A DNA stretch of 64,000 nucleotides. It comes from Felis catus (Eukaryota). The notes beneath the pieces are model-generated. The model made no database searches. It saw nothing but the letters and a program-made list of their open reading frames with translations, and was not told the DNA's origin. Numbering within the stretch: the stretch's first letter is position 1; the number at the start of each line of letters is the position of its first letter. Location: positions 30,506,001-30,570,000 of the forward strand of contig NC_058383.1 of the NCBI RefSeq assembly GCF_018350175.1. Reading direction: 5' to 3'. Both the position numbers and the translations under genes were made by a program. Of the stretch, positions 38,001 to 51,350 are shown one piece after another.

Positions 38001-39119
38001 CTACATCCCAGAGGTTTCGGGTTGTGGTGTTATCATTTTCATTGGCTTCCATGTAATTTTCAATTTCCTCTTTAACTTCTTGGTTAGCCCATTCATTCTT
38101 TAGTAGAATGTTCTTTAGTCTCCAAGTATTTGTTATTTTTCCAAACTTTTTCTTGTGGTTGATTTCGAGTTCCTTAGCGTTGTGGTCTGAAAATATGCAC
38201 TGTATGATCTTGATCTTTTTATACTTTTTGAGGGCTGATTTGTGTCCCAGTATGTGATCTATTCTGGAGAATGTTCCATGTGCACTGGAGAAGAATGTAT
38301 ATTCCTCTGCTTTAGGATGAAATGTTCTGAATATATCTGTTAAGTCCATCTGGCCCAGTGTGTCATTCAAAGCCATTGTTTCCTGGTTGATTTTCTGTGT
38401 CAGGATGTGTCCATTGCTGTGATGATGTTTCCATTGCTGTAAGTGGGGTATTTAAGTCCCCTACTATTATGGTATTATTATCAATGAGTTTCTTTATGTT
38501 TGTGATTAATTGATTTATATATTTGGGTGCTCTCACACTTGGAGCATAAATGTTTACAATTGTTAGGTCTTCTTGGTGGGTAGACCCCTTAAATTATGAT
38601 ATAATGCCCTTCTTCATCTCTTGTTACAGTCTTTATTTTAAAGTCTAAATTGTCTGATACGAGTATGGCTGCTCAGGCTTTCTTTTGTCAACCATTAGCA
38701 TGATAGATGGTTCTCCATCCCCTTACTTTTAATCTGAAGGTGTCTTTAGGTCTAAAGTGAGTCTTTTTGTAAACAGCATATAGATGGATCTTGTTTTCTT
38801 TTCTTCTTTTAACTTTTTTTAACATTTATTCATTGTTGAGTGATGGTGAGAGACAGAGTGCGAGTAGGGGAGGTGCAGAGAGAGAGGGAGACACAGAATC
38901 CAAAGCAGGCTCCAGGCTCTGAGCTGTCAGCACAGAGCCCGACGTGGGGCTCAAAGTCACAGACCATGAGATCATGACCTGAGCCAAAGTCAGATGCCTA
39001 ACCGACTGAGCCCCTGGATCTTGTTTTCTTATCCATTCTGTTACACTCTGTCTTTTGATTGGAGCATTTAGTACATTGACGTTTAGAGTGAGTACTGAAA
39101 GATATGAGTTTATTGGCAT
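35080..39119 (-). pseudogene. L1 ORF2p remnant (endonuclease/RT/C-terminal), multiply frameshifted
   Basis: Fragments: TLNVNVLNAPIKR and FSRIDHILGHK (APE endonuclease), [19 protein letters not shown] and FADDM near 36760-36775 (RT), [10 protein letters not shown]...CPSMDEWIKKMW (C-terminal). Broken into many short ORFs. Confidence 0.92.
38801..39014 (-). mobile_element. SINEC nested in the L1 ORF2 endonuclease region
   Basis: TSD tggatcttgttttctt (38785-38800, 39015-39030). Confidence 0.95.
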
Positions 39120-39169
39120 TTTGTTTCTTGTAGAGTTGGAGTTTCTGGTGGTGTTCTTTGGTACTTTCT

Positions 39170-40328
39170 AGTCTTTGTTGCTTTTGATATTTTTTTTTCC
39201 GTCTTTTCTCCCCTCAGTGAGTACCCCTTAAAATTGCTTGCAGGGCTGGTTTGATGGTCACTAACTCCTTTAATTTTTGTCTGGGAAACTTTTTTTTTTT
39301 TTTTAAATTTTTTTTTTCAACGTTTATTTATTTTTGGGACAGAGAGAGACAGAGCATGAACGGGGGAAGGGCAGAGAGAGAGGGAGACACAGAATCAGAA
39401 ACAGGCTCCAGGCTCTGAGCCATCAGCCCAGAGCCCGACGCGGGGCTCGAACTCACAGACCGCGAGATCGTGACCTGGCTGAAGTCGGACGCTTAACCGA
39501 CTGCGCCACCCAGGCGCCCCTGTCTGGGAAACTTTTAATCTCTCCTCTTTTGAATGACAGCCTTGCTGCGTAAAGAATTCTTGTCTGCATATTTTTCCGA
39601 TTCAGCACATTGAATATATCCTGCCACTCCTTTCTGGCCTGCCAAGTTTCTGTGGCTAGGTCTGCTGCAAACCTGATCTGTGTTTCCTTGTAGGTTAAGG
39701 ACTTTTTTTCCCTTGCTGCTTTCATGATTCTCTCCTTGCCTGAGTATTTTGTGAATTTGACTATGATATGCCTTATTGATGGTCCGTTTTTATTTAATTG
39801 AATGGGGGTCCTCTGTGCTTCCTGGATTTTGATGTCTGTGTCTTTCCCCAGGTTAGGAATGTTTTCCACTATGCTTTGCTCACATAACCTTTCTGCCCCT
39901 TTTTCTCTCTCTTCATCTTCTTGGACCCCTATGATTCTGATGTTGTTCCTTTTTAATGAGTCACTGATTTCTCTAATACTTGAATAGTGCTCTTTTGCCT
40001 TCGCTGTTTGCTTTTCTGCTTCATTATTCTCCATAAGTTTTTCCTCTGTATTGCTAATTTGCTGCTCTGCCTCATCCATTCTTGCTGCCGGGGTATCCAT
40101 TCGAGGTTGCAGCTCAGTTATAACATTTCTTATTTCCTTCTGACTAGCTTTTACTTCTTTTATCTCTGCAGAAAGGGATTCTAATCTATTTTCGACCCCA
40201 GCTAGTATTCTTATTATCGTGATTCTAAATTCTGGTTCAGACATCTTGCTTGGATCTGTGTCAATTAAGTCCTTGGCTGTCATTTCTTTCTTCTCTTTCT
40301 TTTGGGGTGAAATCCTTCAGTTTGTCAT
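39170..40328 (-). pseudogene. L1 ORF1p remnant (early stop, split by a SINE)
   Basis: ORF 39453-40283 reads ...LKRNNIRIIGVQEDEEREKG...RHIIVKFTKY...IRFAADLATETWQARKEWQDIF, typical of L1 ORF1. ATG ACA AAC TGA at the presumed start (40328); SINE at 39294-39520. Left boundary approximate. Confidence 0.88.
39294..39520 (-). mobile_element. Young SINEC nested in L1 ORF1
   Basis: TSD tgtctgggaaactttt (39278-39293, 39521-39536); CpGs intact. Confidence 0.95.
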
Positions 40329-41844
40329 TTTGAAGGAAGAAAAGGAATTGATAAAGCAAAAAAAAATTTAAAATGAAAAAATTAAAAACAACACACACAC
40401 AAATCAAATAAATGATGCCAGACTGTAGGTGTGTTTTGGTCTGGTTATTGAAAGCAGCTTGATAGATTAGAGAATAAAGGGGGGGGGAGATAAAAAAGGA
40501 AAATGTTTGAAAATTTGAGAAAATGAATACAATGAAATAGAATAAAATGAAATAATGGAAGTAAAATAGAATTTGAAAACTTTACAAAAAGTAAAAAATA
40601 TAGTAGAAAAAATAAAGAAAAATATTTTCAATAAAAATTGAAAATAAAAATAAATTTTTTGTCTTTCTGTATTCAAGAAAAAGAAGTGAAAAAGAAAAAA
40701 AAAGAAAACTGAATAGATGGACCAGCAAACAGGCTGAAATACGATTGAAATCACTTCGTTTTCCCCTAGAAGTCAAACTATGAAACACTTTATAGTACGT
40801 AAACTAAGCAGGCAGAGAGACTTGTGTTCCTGAAGAGCAAGGTTGGCCCAGTTGGGCTGGGCTTAGGGTAATGACTTCGTTCTCCACTAGATGGCGCTGC
40901 TCAGCTCACTGGAGGGGATTGTTGTGGCGCTTGCAGGTGTGTATGCGCACGCGTGGCAGCGGTAAAAATGGCGTCATCCAGCTGCCCAGTCTCTAGTATG
41001 GAAACTCTGTGCTCTCCCCGGCCAGCAATCGCGCACCCATCCTTTGTCTCCGGCTTCCCCTGCTCCCACTTCTACACGGTCCGTGAGCAAGCCATCAGGT
41101 TGCCAGGCGGCACTTACCTCCTGAGCTTTATTTCCTACGCGGCTGTGTTTCCCGACCCCTCACTTCGGAGGGACCGCGGCTCGGACCGCTCAGATCCTCT
41201 CCGGAGCGTCTCCCCGAGCAATGGCTGGGTGCCGGCCTCACCCGGGAACGTTCGCGGGACTCTGCTGCTGCCGTAGCCAGAGACTGTGGCTGGGCGCCAG
41301 CCCGCCCCAGAGAAGGTTCACGCAATCGTGTAGCAGCAGCGTTTCGGGGATCATGGAAAATCACAACACGCATCTGGCCCCAGGCTTCACCCTTCCACCA
41401 GAGCAGCACCAGGTAACAAGCTGCGGAGTTTCAGATTCTGCGATCCCCTGTTTATAGAATCTTAATGGAATTTAAATTCTCTCCTTTCTCCTTTCTCCCC
41501 TTTAGTTCAGTCCCTGTGGCTGTTTCCACTTTTCTCCAGCTGCTGTTGGGGGTGGGGGGTGTGCTTCCCCCCCACCCCCATCCTCTCTCTGCAGGCAATA
41601 ACAGCTCCCTGCCCTCAGCGGCTTCTCCCTCCCCCAGTTCACCTCTCTGCCCCGCGTACCTGCTGATTTCTGTGGTTCATGTTGTGCAGATAGTTGTGTT
41701 GATCCTCAAATCTGTTTTCTAGGTGTGCAGGGTGGTTTAGTGTTGATCTGGCTGTATTTCATGGATGTGATGTGCAAAAAAACTTCCATGCTGTTCCACC
41801 ATCTTGGCTCCTCCTGGTAGATTGTCTTTACAAATAGTTCTCAG

Positions 41845-42035
41845 GGCACGTGGGTGATTCAGTCTGTTAAGTATCCAACTTCTGATCTCCTCTCGGGTAT
41901 GATCTCACAGCTCCTGAGATCGAGCCCTACGTGGGGCTCTGTGCTGACAGGGCGGAGCCTGCGTGGGATTCTCTTTCTCCCTATCTTTCTGCCTCTCCAC
42001 CTCTCAAAACAAATAAATAAACTTAACAAAAAAGA
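41845..42035 (+). mobile_element. SINEC (diverged)
   Basis: gggcacgtgggtgattcagtc head, CT tract, A tail. Confidence 0.85.
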
Positions 42036-42548
42036 AACCAATTCCTTCATCGTAAGACCCATGTTCTCCCCTTGTTCTGCAGTAAGAGAAAAGTTATGAA
42101 CTTAGGTGGTTCTATAGAAATAGAGGCAATAATTGTTTCTGAGACCAGTAGCCAAAGCTCTGCCTCCATTTAGGACCCAAGGTCTTAAATACATATTTAA
42201 AAGACAGACAGACAGACAGACAGACATATGTACCCTGTAGGGTCGTTGGCTTGGATAAAGGAGGAGGCTGAAATGCAATTATGAAGAACAACATAGGGGG
42301 TAAGAAGAGAAATTAAAAGACAGAATAACTGATTTCACCATCCATAGCCTTTGAAACGATTTGGTGTCTCAAATGTCAGTCTGAAGAACAATACTGAAGT
42401 TTTCCATACTTAAGTTTCCACTGGTCCATAGAAAATGGAGAAAAATTATGGTTGATGAAATAGATGTTCTGTAACCACCTCTTTTAAAGGTTGTATACTC
42501 TATTTGTATAATAATTCACTTTCTCAATTATGTTAGTCTTATCTTTAT

Positions 42549-42550
<2 letters not shown>

Positions 42551-42588
<38 letters not shown>
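42551..42588. repeat. (GT)n microsatellite
   Basis: Directly visible. Confidence 0.95.
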
Positions 42589-42591
<3 letters not shown>

Positions 42592-42949
42592 CACGCATAT
42601 GTGTGTTTAAATATTTCTTACCAGGGAAAAAATGGTAGACTTATCGTCCCTAATTTTTGGTCATTTTACTAGAGATGAAATCCCAGAGTCTGGGATGACT
42701 AATTTAAGAATCTCACAGTAGCTTTTGTTCACAAGTAAAGTGGTAGTTTGAAGCAATTCTCTGAATAATTTAAGTCCCTCCAACTGTACTGTGAAACCAA
42801 AATAGGTTTTAGGGTCATGCATTTTCCAGCTAAATACATTGGCTGAAATGACGAGGTGTATCCCCAGGAATCAGGTATGGCTGGATGCAAACCACACAAC
42901 TCCCCAGACCCGTGTCTCTCTGCTCCAACAAATGCCTATAAATACAGAT

Positions 42950-43579
42950 TGTATCAGTTAGTTTTTGCCATGTAACAAATCATCCCAAAACTTAGTGGCT
43001 TAAGATAACAACTATTTATTTAACTAATACTTCTGGGGATTGGCAACTTAGGTTGGCCTCAACTGGATGGTTCCTCTGGTCTTGGTTGGACTCACTCATG
43101 CATTTGCTGTTAACTGCCAGGTCACCAGGGTGCTGGTTGGTCTGGGACAGCCTTCATGTGGGACAGCTCCTCTCTGTTCCATGAGATTTCTCATAAGCCA
43201 TTAGGCTAGCCCAGGCTTTTTCACATGATGCCTGGGCAGGGTTCCTACTCACTAAAATAAAGCACATAAGACTTATTGAGACCCAGAGTCAGAAAAGGCA
43301 CATCATCCCTATGCCATATTCTGTTGGCACAAAACAAGCTACAAAGGCAGTTCGTATTCAAGGAGAATATGGAAGAGTGGCAAAGTTGCATTGTAAAGGA
43401 ACATGCACACAGTGCCTGGGTGGCTCAGTCAGTTAAGCATCCGACTCTTGATCTCAGCTTGGGGTATGATCTCACAGTTTGTGAATTTAAGCCCTCAGTT
43501 GGACTCTGTGCTGACAGCGTGGAGCCTGCTTGGGATTCTGTCTCTCCCACTCTCTGCCCCTTGACCCTTGAACTCACAC

Positions 43580-43624
<45 letters not shown>

Positions 43625-43711
43625 ATAAACTGAAAAGAAAAGAAAAGAACGAAAGAAAAAAGGGACATGCATGCAGGGATGTGTGAATCACTGTAGCTAT
43701 TTTATGTCAAC
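42950..43711 (-). mobile_element. MLT1-type LTR interrupted by a SINEC
   Basis: tgtatcagttag...gtaacaaatcatcccaaaacttagtggcttaa start; SINE at 43412-43660 inside. Confidence 0.65.
43412..43660 (+). mobile_element. SINEC
   Basis: gtgcctgggtggctcagtc head, long (CT)n, A-rich tail. Confidence 0.9.
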
Positions 43712-44065
43712 TGTCTTAGTCCATTTGGGCTGCTGTAACAAAATGTCACACACTGGGTGGTTTGTAAATAGTAGAAATCTATTTCTCACAGTTCTGGAAG
43801 CTGGCAAGATCAAGACACAAGCATGGACACATTCTGGTGACAGCCCTCTTCCTGGTTCATAGCTAGCACCTTTTCACTGTGTCTTCACATGGCGGAAGGG
43901 GTGATGGAGCTCAGTGGGGTCTCTTTTATAAGAAGAGTGATTCCATTCGTGAAGACGCCACCCTCATGACCTAACCACCTCCCACAGGTCCCACCTTCTA
44001 ATATCATCATATTGGTCATTAGGATTTCCAGATGGGAATTTTGAGAGGACACAGAGAGGATAGCT
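43712..44065 (-). mobile_element. MLT1A-like MaLR LTR
   Basis: tgtcttagtccatttgggctgctgtaacaaaat...tttctcacagttctggaagctgg...ccctcatgacctaaccacctccca. Confidence 0.8.
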
Positions 44066-45129
44066 TCAAGTTACAAACAGTTGAAATGCCATTACTACTA
44101 ACCACAGTAGAATGAAAATCTCCCTGTCACCAAGACTGCCCCACCGACAGTATTCCAGGAGAAACTGATACTCATGTTTTTTACTATTAGCAAAGAAACA
44201 ACAGTCACATGAAGTTACACAAGCTGTGTTTTCACCTGCATAATCAGAGCAACCCCTGTACATTGGCAAGTTCAGTGCGCCAACAGCCAGCCGTGTTTCC
44301 AAACCGGTAAACCAGGATGTCCTTGGTGCCTCCCTTTGTCTCAACTTCCACATCCTGTGGGTCACCAAGTTCTGTTAATTCTCCCTCCTGAACAAACATC
44401 AGATCCTTCCTTCCTGTCATCCCCATTCCTCCTGTTTCAGTTCAGCCCTCATCCTCTCTCGCGGTGATGATGACACTTCTCCCTAATTTTGCCTACCCCC
44501 ACTTCCATGTCCTCATCCTGAATCCAGTTGCCTTTCATTCACTTAACAAGCCTTTATTGAATGCTCACATCATGCCAAGCACTCTGCTGTGGTGGCGGAC
44601 ATAAGAGGAAATAAGACAGAGCCCATCGTTGGCTAAAGAAAGAAACAAAAAAGACTTAATTTATTCGTCAGGGCAGGTCATGTGCTGTACTGCATAACCA
44701 CAAAATCTCAGTGGCTTAACCCAGCGAATGGTGACTTAGGAATCCAGGTCCCTCCCATCCTGCAGCACCGCCATCACAAAATCCTTTACTTTCAGCCATG
44801 TGGAAGCCGTGTGGAGGCCATATGGAGCCATAGAGCAAAGAGCAGAAGGATGGAGTGAGGTAGTTTATGACCATGCCTGGGAAGTGGCATACGTCATTCC
44901 CACCATATTCCATTGGCTGAACTCGGTCACATGGTCCCAACTTAAGCACAAAGGAGTCTGGGAAGTGTAGTGTTCCTATGTGCTCAGAGGAGGACAGAGA
45001 GCTGGTGAGTGCATAACGAGTCTTTTCCTCAATGGATGCTTGTCATGCATGTAACTGGGAAGTATGACATCCTATGGGAACCAGGGGAGGGTCTAATATA
45101 TTTAACATATCCTTGGATTCAGGAATGCA

Positions 45130-45618
45130 GGGCAGTGGGCTAAATAATGACCCCCAAAGATATCTAAGTCCTAATCCCTGGAACCTCAAACCTGTACCTG
45201 GCAGAAAGGACTTTGTAGATGTGATTAAGTTAAGGATCTTGAGACAGAAATTGCTCTGGATTATCCAAGGGGGCCCTAACTGGAATCATGAGTGTTCTTG
45301 TAAGAGGCAGATGGAGCGATATTTGACCAGGGAAGAGAAAAAGGAGACGGGATGACAGAAGCAGAGATTGGAGAGATGTTCTCTGAAGACAGAGGAAGGG
45401 TCCACAGGCCCCAGAAGCTGAAACGCTGAGAAAGGCAAGGAAGAGATTCGAATCTCTTGGAGCCTCCAGAAGGAATCTGCCTGCCGACACCTTGATTTTA
45501 GCCTGTTAAAGCTCAGTTTGAACTTTTACCCTTCACAAGTATAAGAGAATAAAGCTTTCTTGCGTTAAAACATGGAATTTGTGGTCATTTGTGACAACAG
45601 CAAGAGGAAACTAATACA
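45130..45618 (+). mobile_element. MLT1D-like MaLR LTR
   Basis: aataatgacccccaaagatat...ggactttgtagatgtgattaagttaaggatcttgag...ggaaactaataca. Confidence 0.8.
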
Positions 45619-47390
45619 AGCAGTAATGCCTACACTGAGTTCCAGATAAGGATCACTCATTAGTGAGCTAGGCAAAAAGACAGGAAGGCAGGGTCAGAAG
45701 TGGAAGTTAAGGCTGAAGGGTAGTAAGGTCCAGATCCAACAGGATTTGGCAGGGAGCAGAGGGAGGTGAGGGGGGCAGTGAATTTAAGCCTGAGGGCACC
45801 AGGAAGCCATTGAAGCAGGAGTGACCTGACCAAGATCTGCATTTTTGCATGATGACCCCACCTGCTCTGTGGAGAGCAGATCAGGGTAACCAGTGCTGGA
45901 GGCAGAAGACAGTCATTTGCTTTATTCCAGAAGAAAAGTAGAAAGGCAATAATTCAGGGTCCTGGCAGTATGTAGTAGAATCAACAGGATTTGGTGATGG
46001 CCCGCCTCTGATAAGAGACATCCACTCCATCACCAACATCAGCTGCACCAACTCTGATGGTCGATGGTACCTGCAAAGGACATAACCTGCTTACCACCTA
46101 TCCAGAATAGAGACAAACTAGGGAAGTCTAAAGGAACAGGGAGGGTGCCTGTGAAGACCAAGTGTTATCCATTGGATGCCTTCTTCCAAGTCCTGTAGTT
46201 GCCATGACCATCATGTCCTTTGTAAATTGAATAAAATAGTTGGAGCACCATCCCCATATAAAGAGAAACCCAGCATTAACCGTCATCACCACCCATGCCA
46301 CAATCAAGGGATTTCTATTTCTCCTAATCTCTTCTGACTCTGACTTCCTGCTTCTGCGTGTACGCCTATGCTGATGTGTGCTCCACAGAGATGTCCCCAA
46401 CTGATGCATGAGCTGGGGCTGAAATCCAACCTGCACTGTCCTGGCCAAGTCACGTACTCTTGGTGTATACAGAAAATGATTTGATGCTTGGCATGGCCAG
46501 AACTTGGAGCTTTTGAGGAGAAAAGACTGGAGATAAAGGTCAAGTAGGGGGTCAGCTTGTTTCAATGCCTTGCTAAGGGGCTCGAGACTGCTTCCTATAA
46601 TGATGGTACCTTGTCTCACAATGTAAAGCAAAGAGAGACACGTTCGTTCAGATTTGCACCTTATGCAGATCACTTTGCCAGCCAGTCTGGTCCTCATCAC
46701 CCATCTGGGACTGAGAAAAAGCCAACCAGTCTGAGCTGAGAACGTCTATACCGAGTCCTGTGGGGAATCCCATTGGCCTCCATGCAGAGACAGGATCAAA
46801 CAGTGCTGGGAAGCAGAAAGGGAAAATAGATACGATTCCAGAGAGAAGCAGAAACAAGACAAAAAGGAACTTAACTACCTTGTTGATGGCTCTCTGGATC
46901 CTGAGATTTTGGGGTTCTGTGTGATACTCCTGGATCTTCCAATAAAGTCCTCCTACCTTCCTCCTGTTTTTGCCTAAATTAGCTCAAGTTGATTCCTGTT
47001 ATAATTCTGACCGAGATACTTTATCTCCAGTTTCTCTCTTCAGGCCTTCGTCACATCACCACCAAGTGTTACATTTTGTGTCTCTCCTCCCCGAAGCCAT
47101 GAGTTGGCCAGATGGAGAGGAGGAGGAGAGGTCAGGGGAAGGCAGGGGTGGGGAGAAGAGGCAAGAAGAGGGGAGGAGGAGAGGGGAGGAGAAAGGTGTC
47201 ATTGCACACACACACAAAGATGTAGAAAAGTGTTCCTTATGGCATTGTTTGTAATAGCAAAGAACTGAAAACCTCCATCGGTGAGAGAACTGGTAGTCTC
47301 CCAGAGAGATCTCTCCATCGGTGAGATATTGCCTAAATAATTGACAGTACTTCCATATTGGAATACTATACAGCAGTTAAAAAAATTCTA

Positions 47391-47588
47391 GGGGTGCCTA
47401 GGTGGCTCAGTCAGTTGAGCATCCCACTCTTGATTTTGCCTCAGGTCATGATCTTGGCCATTCGTGGGATTGAGCCCCGCGAAGGCTCTGAGCTGACACC
47501 TCAAAGACTGCTTGGGATTCTCTGTCCCTCTCTCTCTGCCCCTCGCCCACCTCTCTTACAAAATCAGTCAATCAAAAAAAAAAAAAAT
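47391..47588 (+). mobile_element. SINEC
   Basis: ggggtgcctaggtggctcagtc head, A tail. Confidence 0.9.
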
Positions 47589-47614
47589 CCAGAACTCAGT
47601 TTAAGCATTACTGC

Positions 47615-47930
47615 CTTATTTATATGTTTAATAAATATGTTCATTAAATATGTTTAATAAATATGTTTATATTCTAGACATGTTACAAATTACAATAAAT
47701 TCATATATTTCATATTATTATACATCTAAATATATTTTATAAAAATATATAATAAATATATTTATTTTTTATATTTATATTTATTTATTAAAATGTATAA
47801 ATACATATTATAAGTATATTATATGAATGTATTTATGTAAATAATACAAATATTAAACTTAGAAGTAAATTTGTATTTATAATACATAAAATATACATAT
47901 AAATACTGTGTGTGTGTATGTATATATATC
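47615..47930. repeat. AT-rich low-complexity tract
   Basis: Almost exclusively A/T over ~300 bp. Confidence 0.85.
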
Positions 47931-48000
47931 TGAAATGATCTTCAGTCAAGATATAATTTTTTTTTAAGAAGTAAGGCAGAAATACAAGCATACTTACTTA

Positions 48001-48217
48001 AAATTTTTTTTAATGTTTATTTATTTTTAAGAGAGAGAGAGAGACAGAGCATGAGCCAGGAGGGGCAGAGAGAGAGAGGGAGAGACAGAATCAGAAGCAG
48101 GCTCCAGGCTCCGAGCTGTCAGCACAGAGCCCCACGCAGGGTTCCAACTTGTCAACTGCGAGATGATGACCTAAGCCGAAGTCAGACACTCAACCCACTG
48201 AGCCACCCAGGCGCCCC
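48001..48217 (-). mobile_element. SINEC
   Basis: TSD aagca(t/c)acttactt. Confidence 0.93.
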
Positions 48218-49178
48218 AAGCACACTTACTTTTAGAATGCACAGACTATTTCTGGGAAGATGTACTAGAAGAAGCAGTGACCCTCGGAACAGGAAGCATG
48301 GGGAGGCACATTGCTCTTCCCAGAATGCTTCTCTGTACTGTTTTTTTAACCATCTATATGCTTCAGCATAGTAATTTTTTACTTTGCTTCCAGCAAAGTA
48401 ATTGATAAAAACGTTTTTAAAAGCAAAGTAAACAAGAAAGTGCACTAATTGAAGGGTAGATGAAAAAGAAAAGAGCCTCAAACAGCTCAACAACTACCAC
48501 CTGAGTTCCACTCTCGGCACCTCTGTAATGGATCCTTGACCTTAACTAAACCATTTTCCTTCCTTGGGCCTCGGTTTTTTCATCTGGAAAATAGGTCAGC
48601 AGAATTCAATGCTCTCTAAGGTCCCGGCTCCAAAAACCGTCTGCAATAGTCGCTGACAGAGCTAATTGCTCGGGCAGAACTTTCTTTCAAATTAAAGCAG
48701 TAATTGTCCTGGCTTCCCACAGCAGCGTATGATGTTGCCATCATAATATGAAATGGCTTTTTCTTTATTAGAGTTATCTTTGGAATCTGGTGCCTTAAAG
48801 GATATAAAATGAATCATAAATAACATATTTGCAAATCATGTAGAATGAGATGATTTTTTACAAGAGGCACATTTGGGCGCCTGATCAACCCGGCACCCTC
48901 TGCAGAGAAGAGTCCTCCATAGCCTGGCCAGAGATGGATGCAGACGCCTGACCCAGGAGGATCCAGTCAATTATAATGCTGCCTAAAATGAATTATATTT
49001 GTCCTCAAGAACTTGGGCTAAGAAAACACAGACGGGGGGCAGGGAGTCCCATTACCTCAACGCTTAGGAACCAGACAAAGTTGCATGAAAGCAGGAATTG
49101 TACAGTCTTCCTCGTGCTGTATGCCCAATGCTTACCACCACTCTGGCACATACTAGGTGCTCAATAAATATTCGTTGA

Positions 49179-49420
49179 GGGGTGCCAGGATGGCTCAGTC
49201 AGTTGAGCCTCTGACTCTTGATTTTGGCTCAGGCGATGATCCCAGGGTCATGGGATGGAGGCCCACGTTGAGCATGGAGCCTACTTGGGATTCTCTCCTC
49301 TCACCCTCTGCCTTTCTCCTCTGCACTCTCTCTCTCAGGTATTTTATATATATGTATATACGCATATATATACACACACATATAGTGTATATACATATAT
49401 ATACGTGTGTGTATATACAC
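49179..49420 (+). mobile_element. SINEC with its tail converted to a TA/CA-rich simple repeat
   Basis: ggggtgccaggatggctcagtc head; flanks tattcgttgagg / cttattgaagg. Confidence 0.8.
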
Positions 49421-50883
49421 TTATTGAAGGAAAAGGTAATCACCAGAGAAATAGTTCATAAATTCTGACAGCTGTAGGTTCCGTGGTACCACCCAGTTCC
49501 TTTTCCTTTGAGAGATCTAGATTTCTACATTTTCTTGGGATTTTGTGGGATTTGGATCTCTCTTTAAAAACCCACTTCCACCTAAGCTAATTTGAACAGA
49601 TTTTGGGTTCTTTCATCCAAAAGAACCCTAAGACAAATATTCTTTGTTCTCTCAAAATACGAATCCTGTTTTCCCCTGAGATTACTTTCTTTTAATTAAA
49701 TACCATCAAAATTCATGGTAACATATTCCATGTTAGGTTCAACTCTCTTCAGCAAACGTGTATTGAGCTAGAAACTATGTGAGACCTGAAAGATGAATGG
49801 GGCCAAGTCCCTGCCATCCGGGCATCACATTCAGATGGAGAAAGGCAGACATACAGTTAAGTCCTTCAAAGAGCAGATTATCTGAAAGAGAAGGTTTCAG
49901 CAATGCACTCTGGGTATAAGTGGGAGAAAGAGATCAATATTTGGGAAGATCTCATGGAGGAGATGACCTAAAGATGGGTTTTGAAGAATGAGCAGGACGT
50001 CTCAGGGAAAGGGTATTTGGGGCAGAGAGAACACTTGGAACATAGGCACAGAGCCTAGGAACACTGGTACTTAGTGTGGTCAAGCGATGAACAACATGGT
50101 AGAATAATGCAGAAGACCAGGCTAGCAGAACAAGATGAGAATAGGAGAGTGAGCCCCATTGGTTTTCTGGGGTTTTTGTTGTTGTTGTTTGTTTGTTTGT
50201 TTGTTTGTTTGTTTGTTTTTACCAAGATCCCCGCTCAGTGTTTTAAATTACTTAGGCCAACAGGGATTTTTTTTTATTTAAGAGTAGCACATTTGGCAAG
50301 TCTCCAAGCACTGAAAACCCTCGATGTTCTAGAAACTCTACAACACAAAAGAAAGATGATCAGAACTCTAATCTCAGTGGTGAGCACTTTTTCTCCTTCA
50401 CATGTGTGTTGTTCCTCCCCCAAACATCCCATAAGCAGTGACTGTTCACTCTGTACAAAGGTCATTAAAAATGATCATCTTTTTGAGGTGATGGAAATGT
50501 TCCAGAACTAGTAAGTGGTGATGATTGCACAACATTGTGAGTGTACTAAAAGCCATGAACTATTCACTTTTAAGTAAGTGGCTGGAGTAAAACTGACCCA
50601 AGCCTTAGCCTGAGCCAGGGCATCTTCTGCGACAGATTGTACCCATGAGGATAAGGCTTGGGGGGTGAGTGCCGATTTATATATAGGGCCCAAATTAGGA
50701 AATATGATTATATACATACATACATATATATGTATGTATATACCCTTTTCTCATTTAAAATTAAAATAACCAAGGAAATGAGCCTTAATCCCTGTAGGTG
50801 ATGAGTATATATTAGTATAAGCATTTATGGGACTGGAGTGTGGGGTGATCATTTGACTCCATTTTTTAAAATATTAAAGCCTT

Positions 50884-51350
50884 GGGGCGCCTGGGTGGCT
50901 CAGTCAGTTGAGCGTCCAGCTTCGGCTCAGGTCATGATCTCACAGTTTGTGAGTTTGAGCCCCACATCGGGCACTGTGCTGATAGCTCACAGCCTGGAGC
51001 CTGCTTCTGATTCTGCGTCTCCCTCTCTCTCTGCTCCTCCCCAGCTCATGCTCTGTCTCTCTCTCTCTCTCCTTCAAAAAATAAATAAAAAAATTTTTAA
51101 AAATTAAAAAAAAAAAAAAAGAAAATATTGAAGCCTGGGTGGCTCTGTCAGTTAAGGATCCTGCTCTCAGTTTCAGCTCAGGTCATGATCTCACGGTTTC
51201 GTGTGTTCAAGCCCCACATTGTGCTCTGCACTGTCAGTGCAGAGCCTGCTTGGAATTCTCCATCTCCCTCTCTCTCTGCCCCTCCCCCACTTACACTGTC
51301 TCTGTCTCTCTCAAAATAAATAAACTTTAAAAGTAAATAAATAAAAATAA
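50884..51350 (+). mobile_element. Two tandem SINECs (50884-51121 inserted at the head of 51133-51350)
   Basis: TSD aaaatatt(a/g)aagcct around the first copy. Confidence 0.92.

Larger units (their letters stand above)
34831..41814 (-). mobile_element. Full-length, inactivated carnivore LINE-1 with nested SINEC insertions
   Basis: 5' end GGAGGAGCCAAGATGG at 41814, ~1.5 kb 5'UTR, ORF1 and ORF2 remnants, 3'UTR and A-rich tail at ~34831. TSD tggtatattctcttt (34582-34596) / tggtagattgtcttt (41815-41829). Confidence 0.95.

Noticed and set aside
46128..46700. 190-aa minus-strand ORF
   Set aside because: No recognisable domain or splice context; lies among old LTR-like sequence.
47273..47326. 14-bp direct repeat ctccatcggtgaga, 40 bp apart
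   Set aside because: Small local duplication inside an old L1M fragment with no sign of function.
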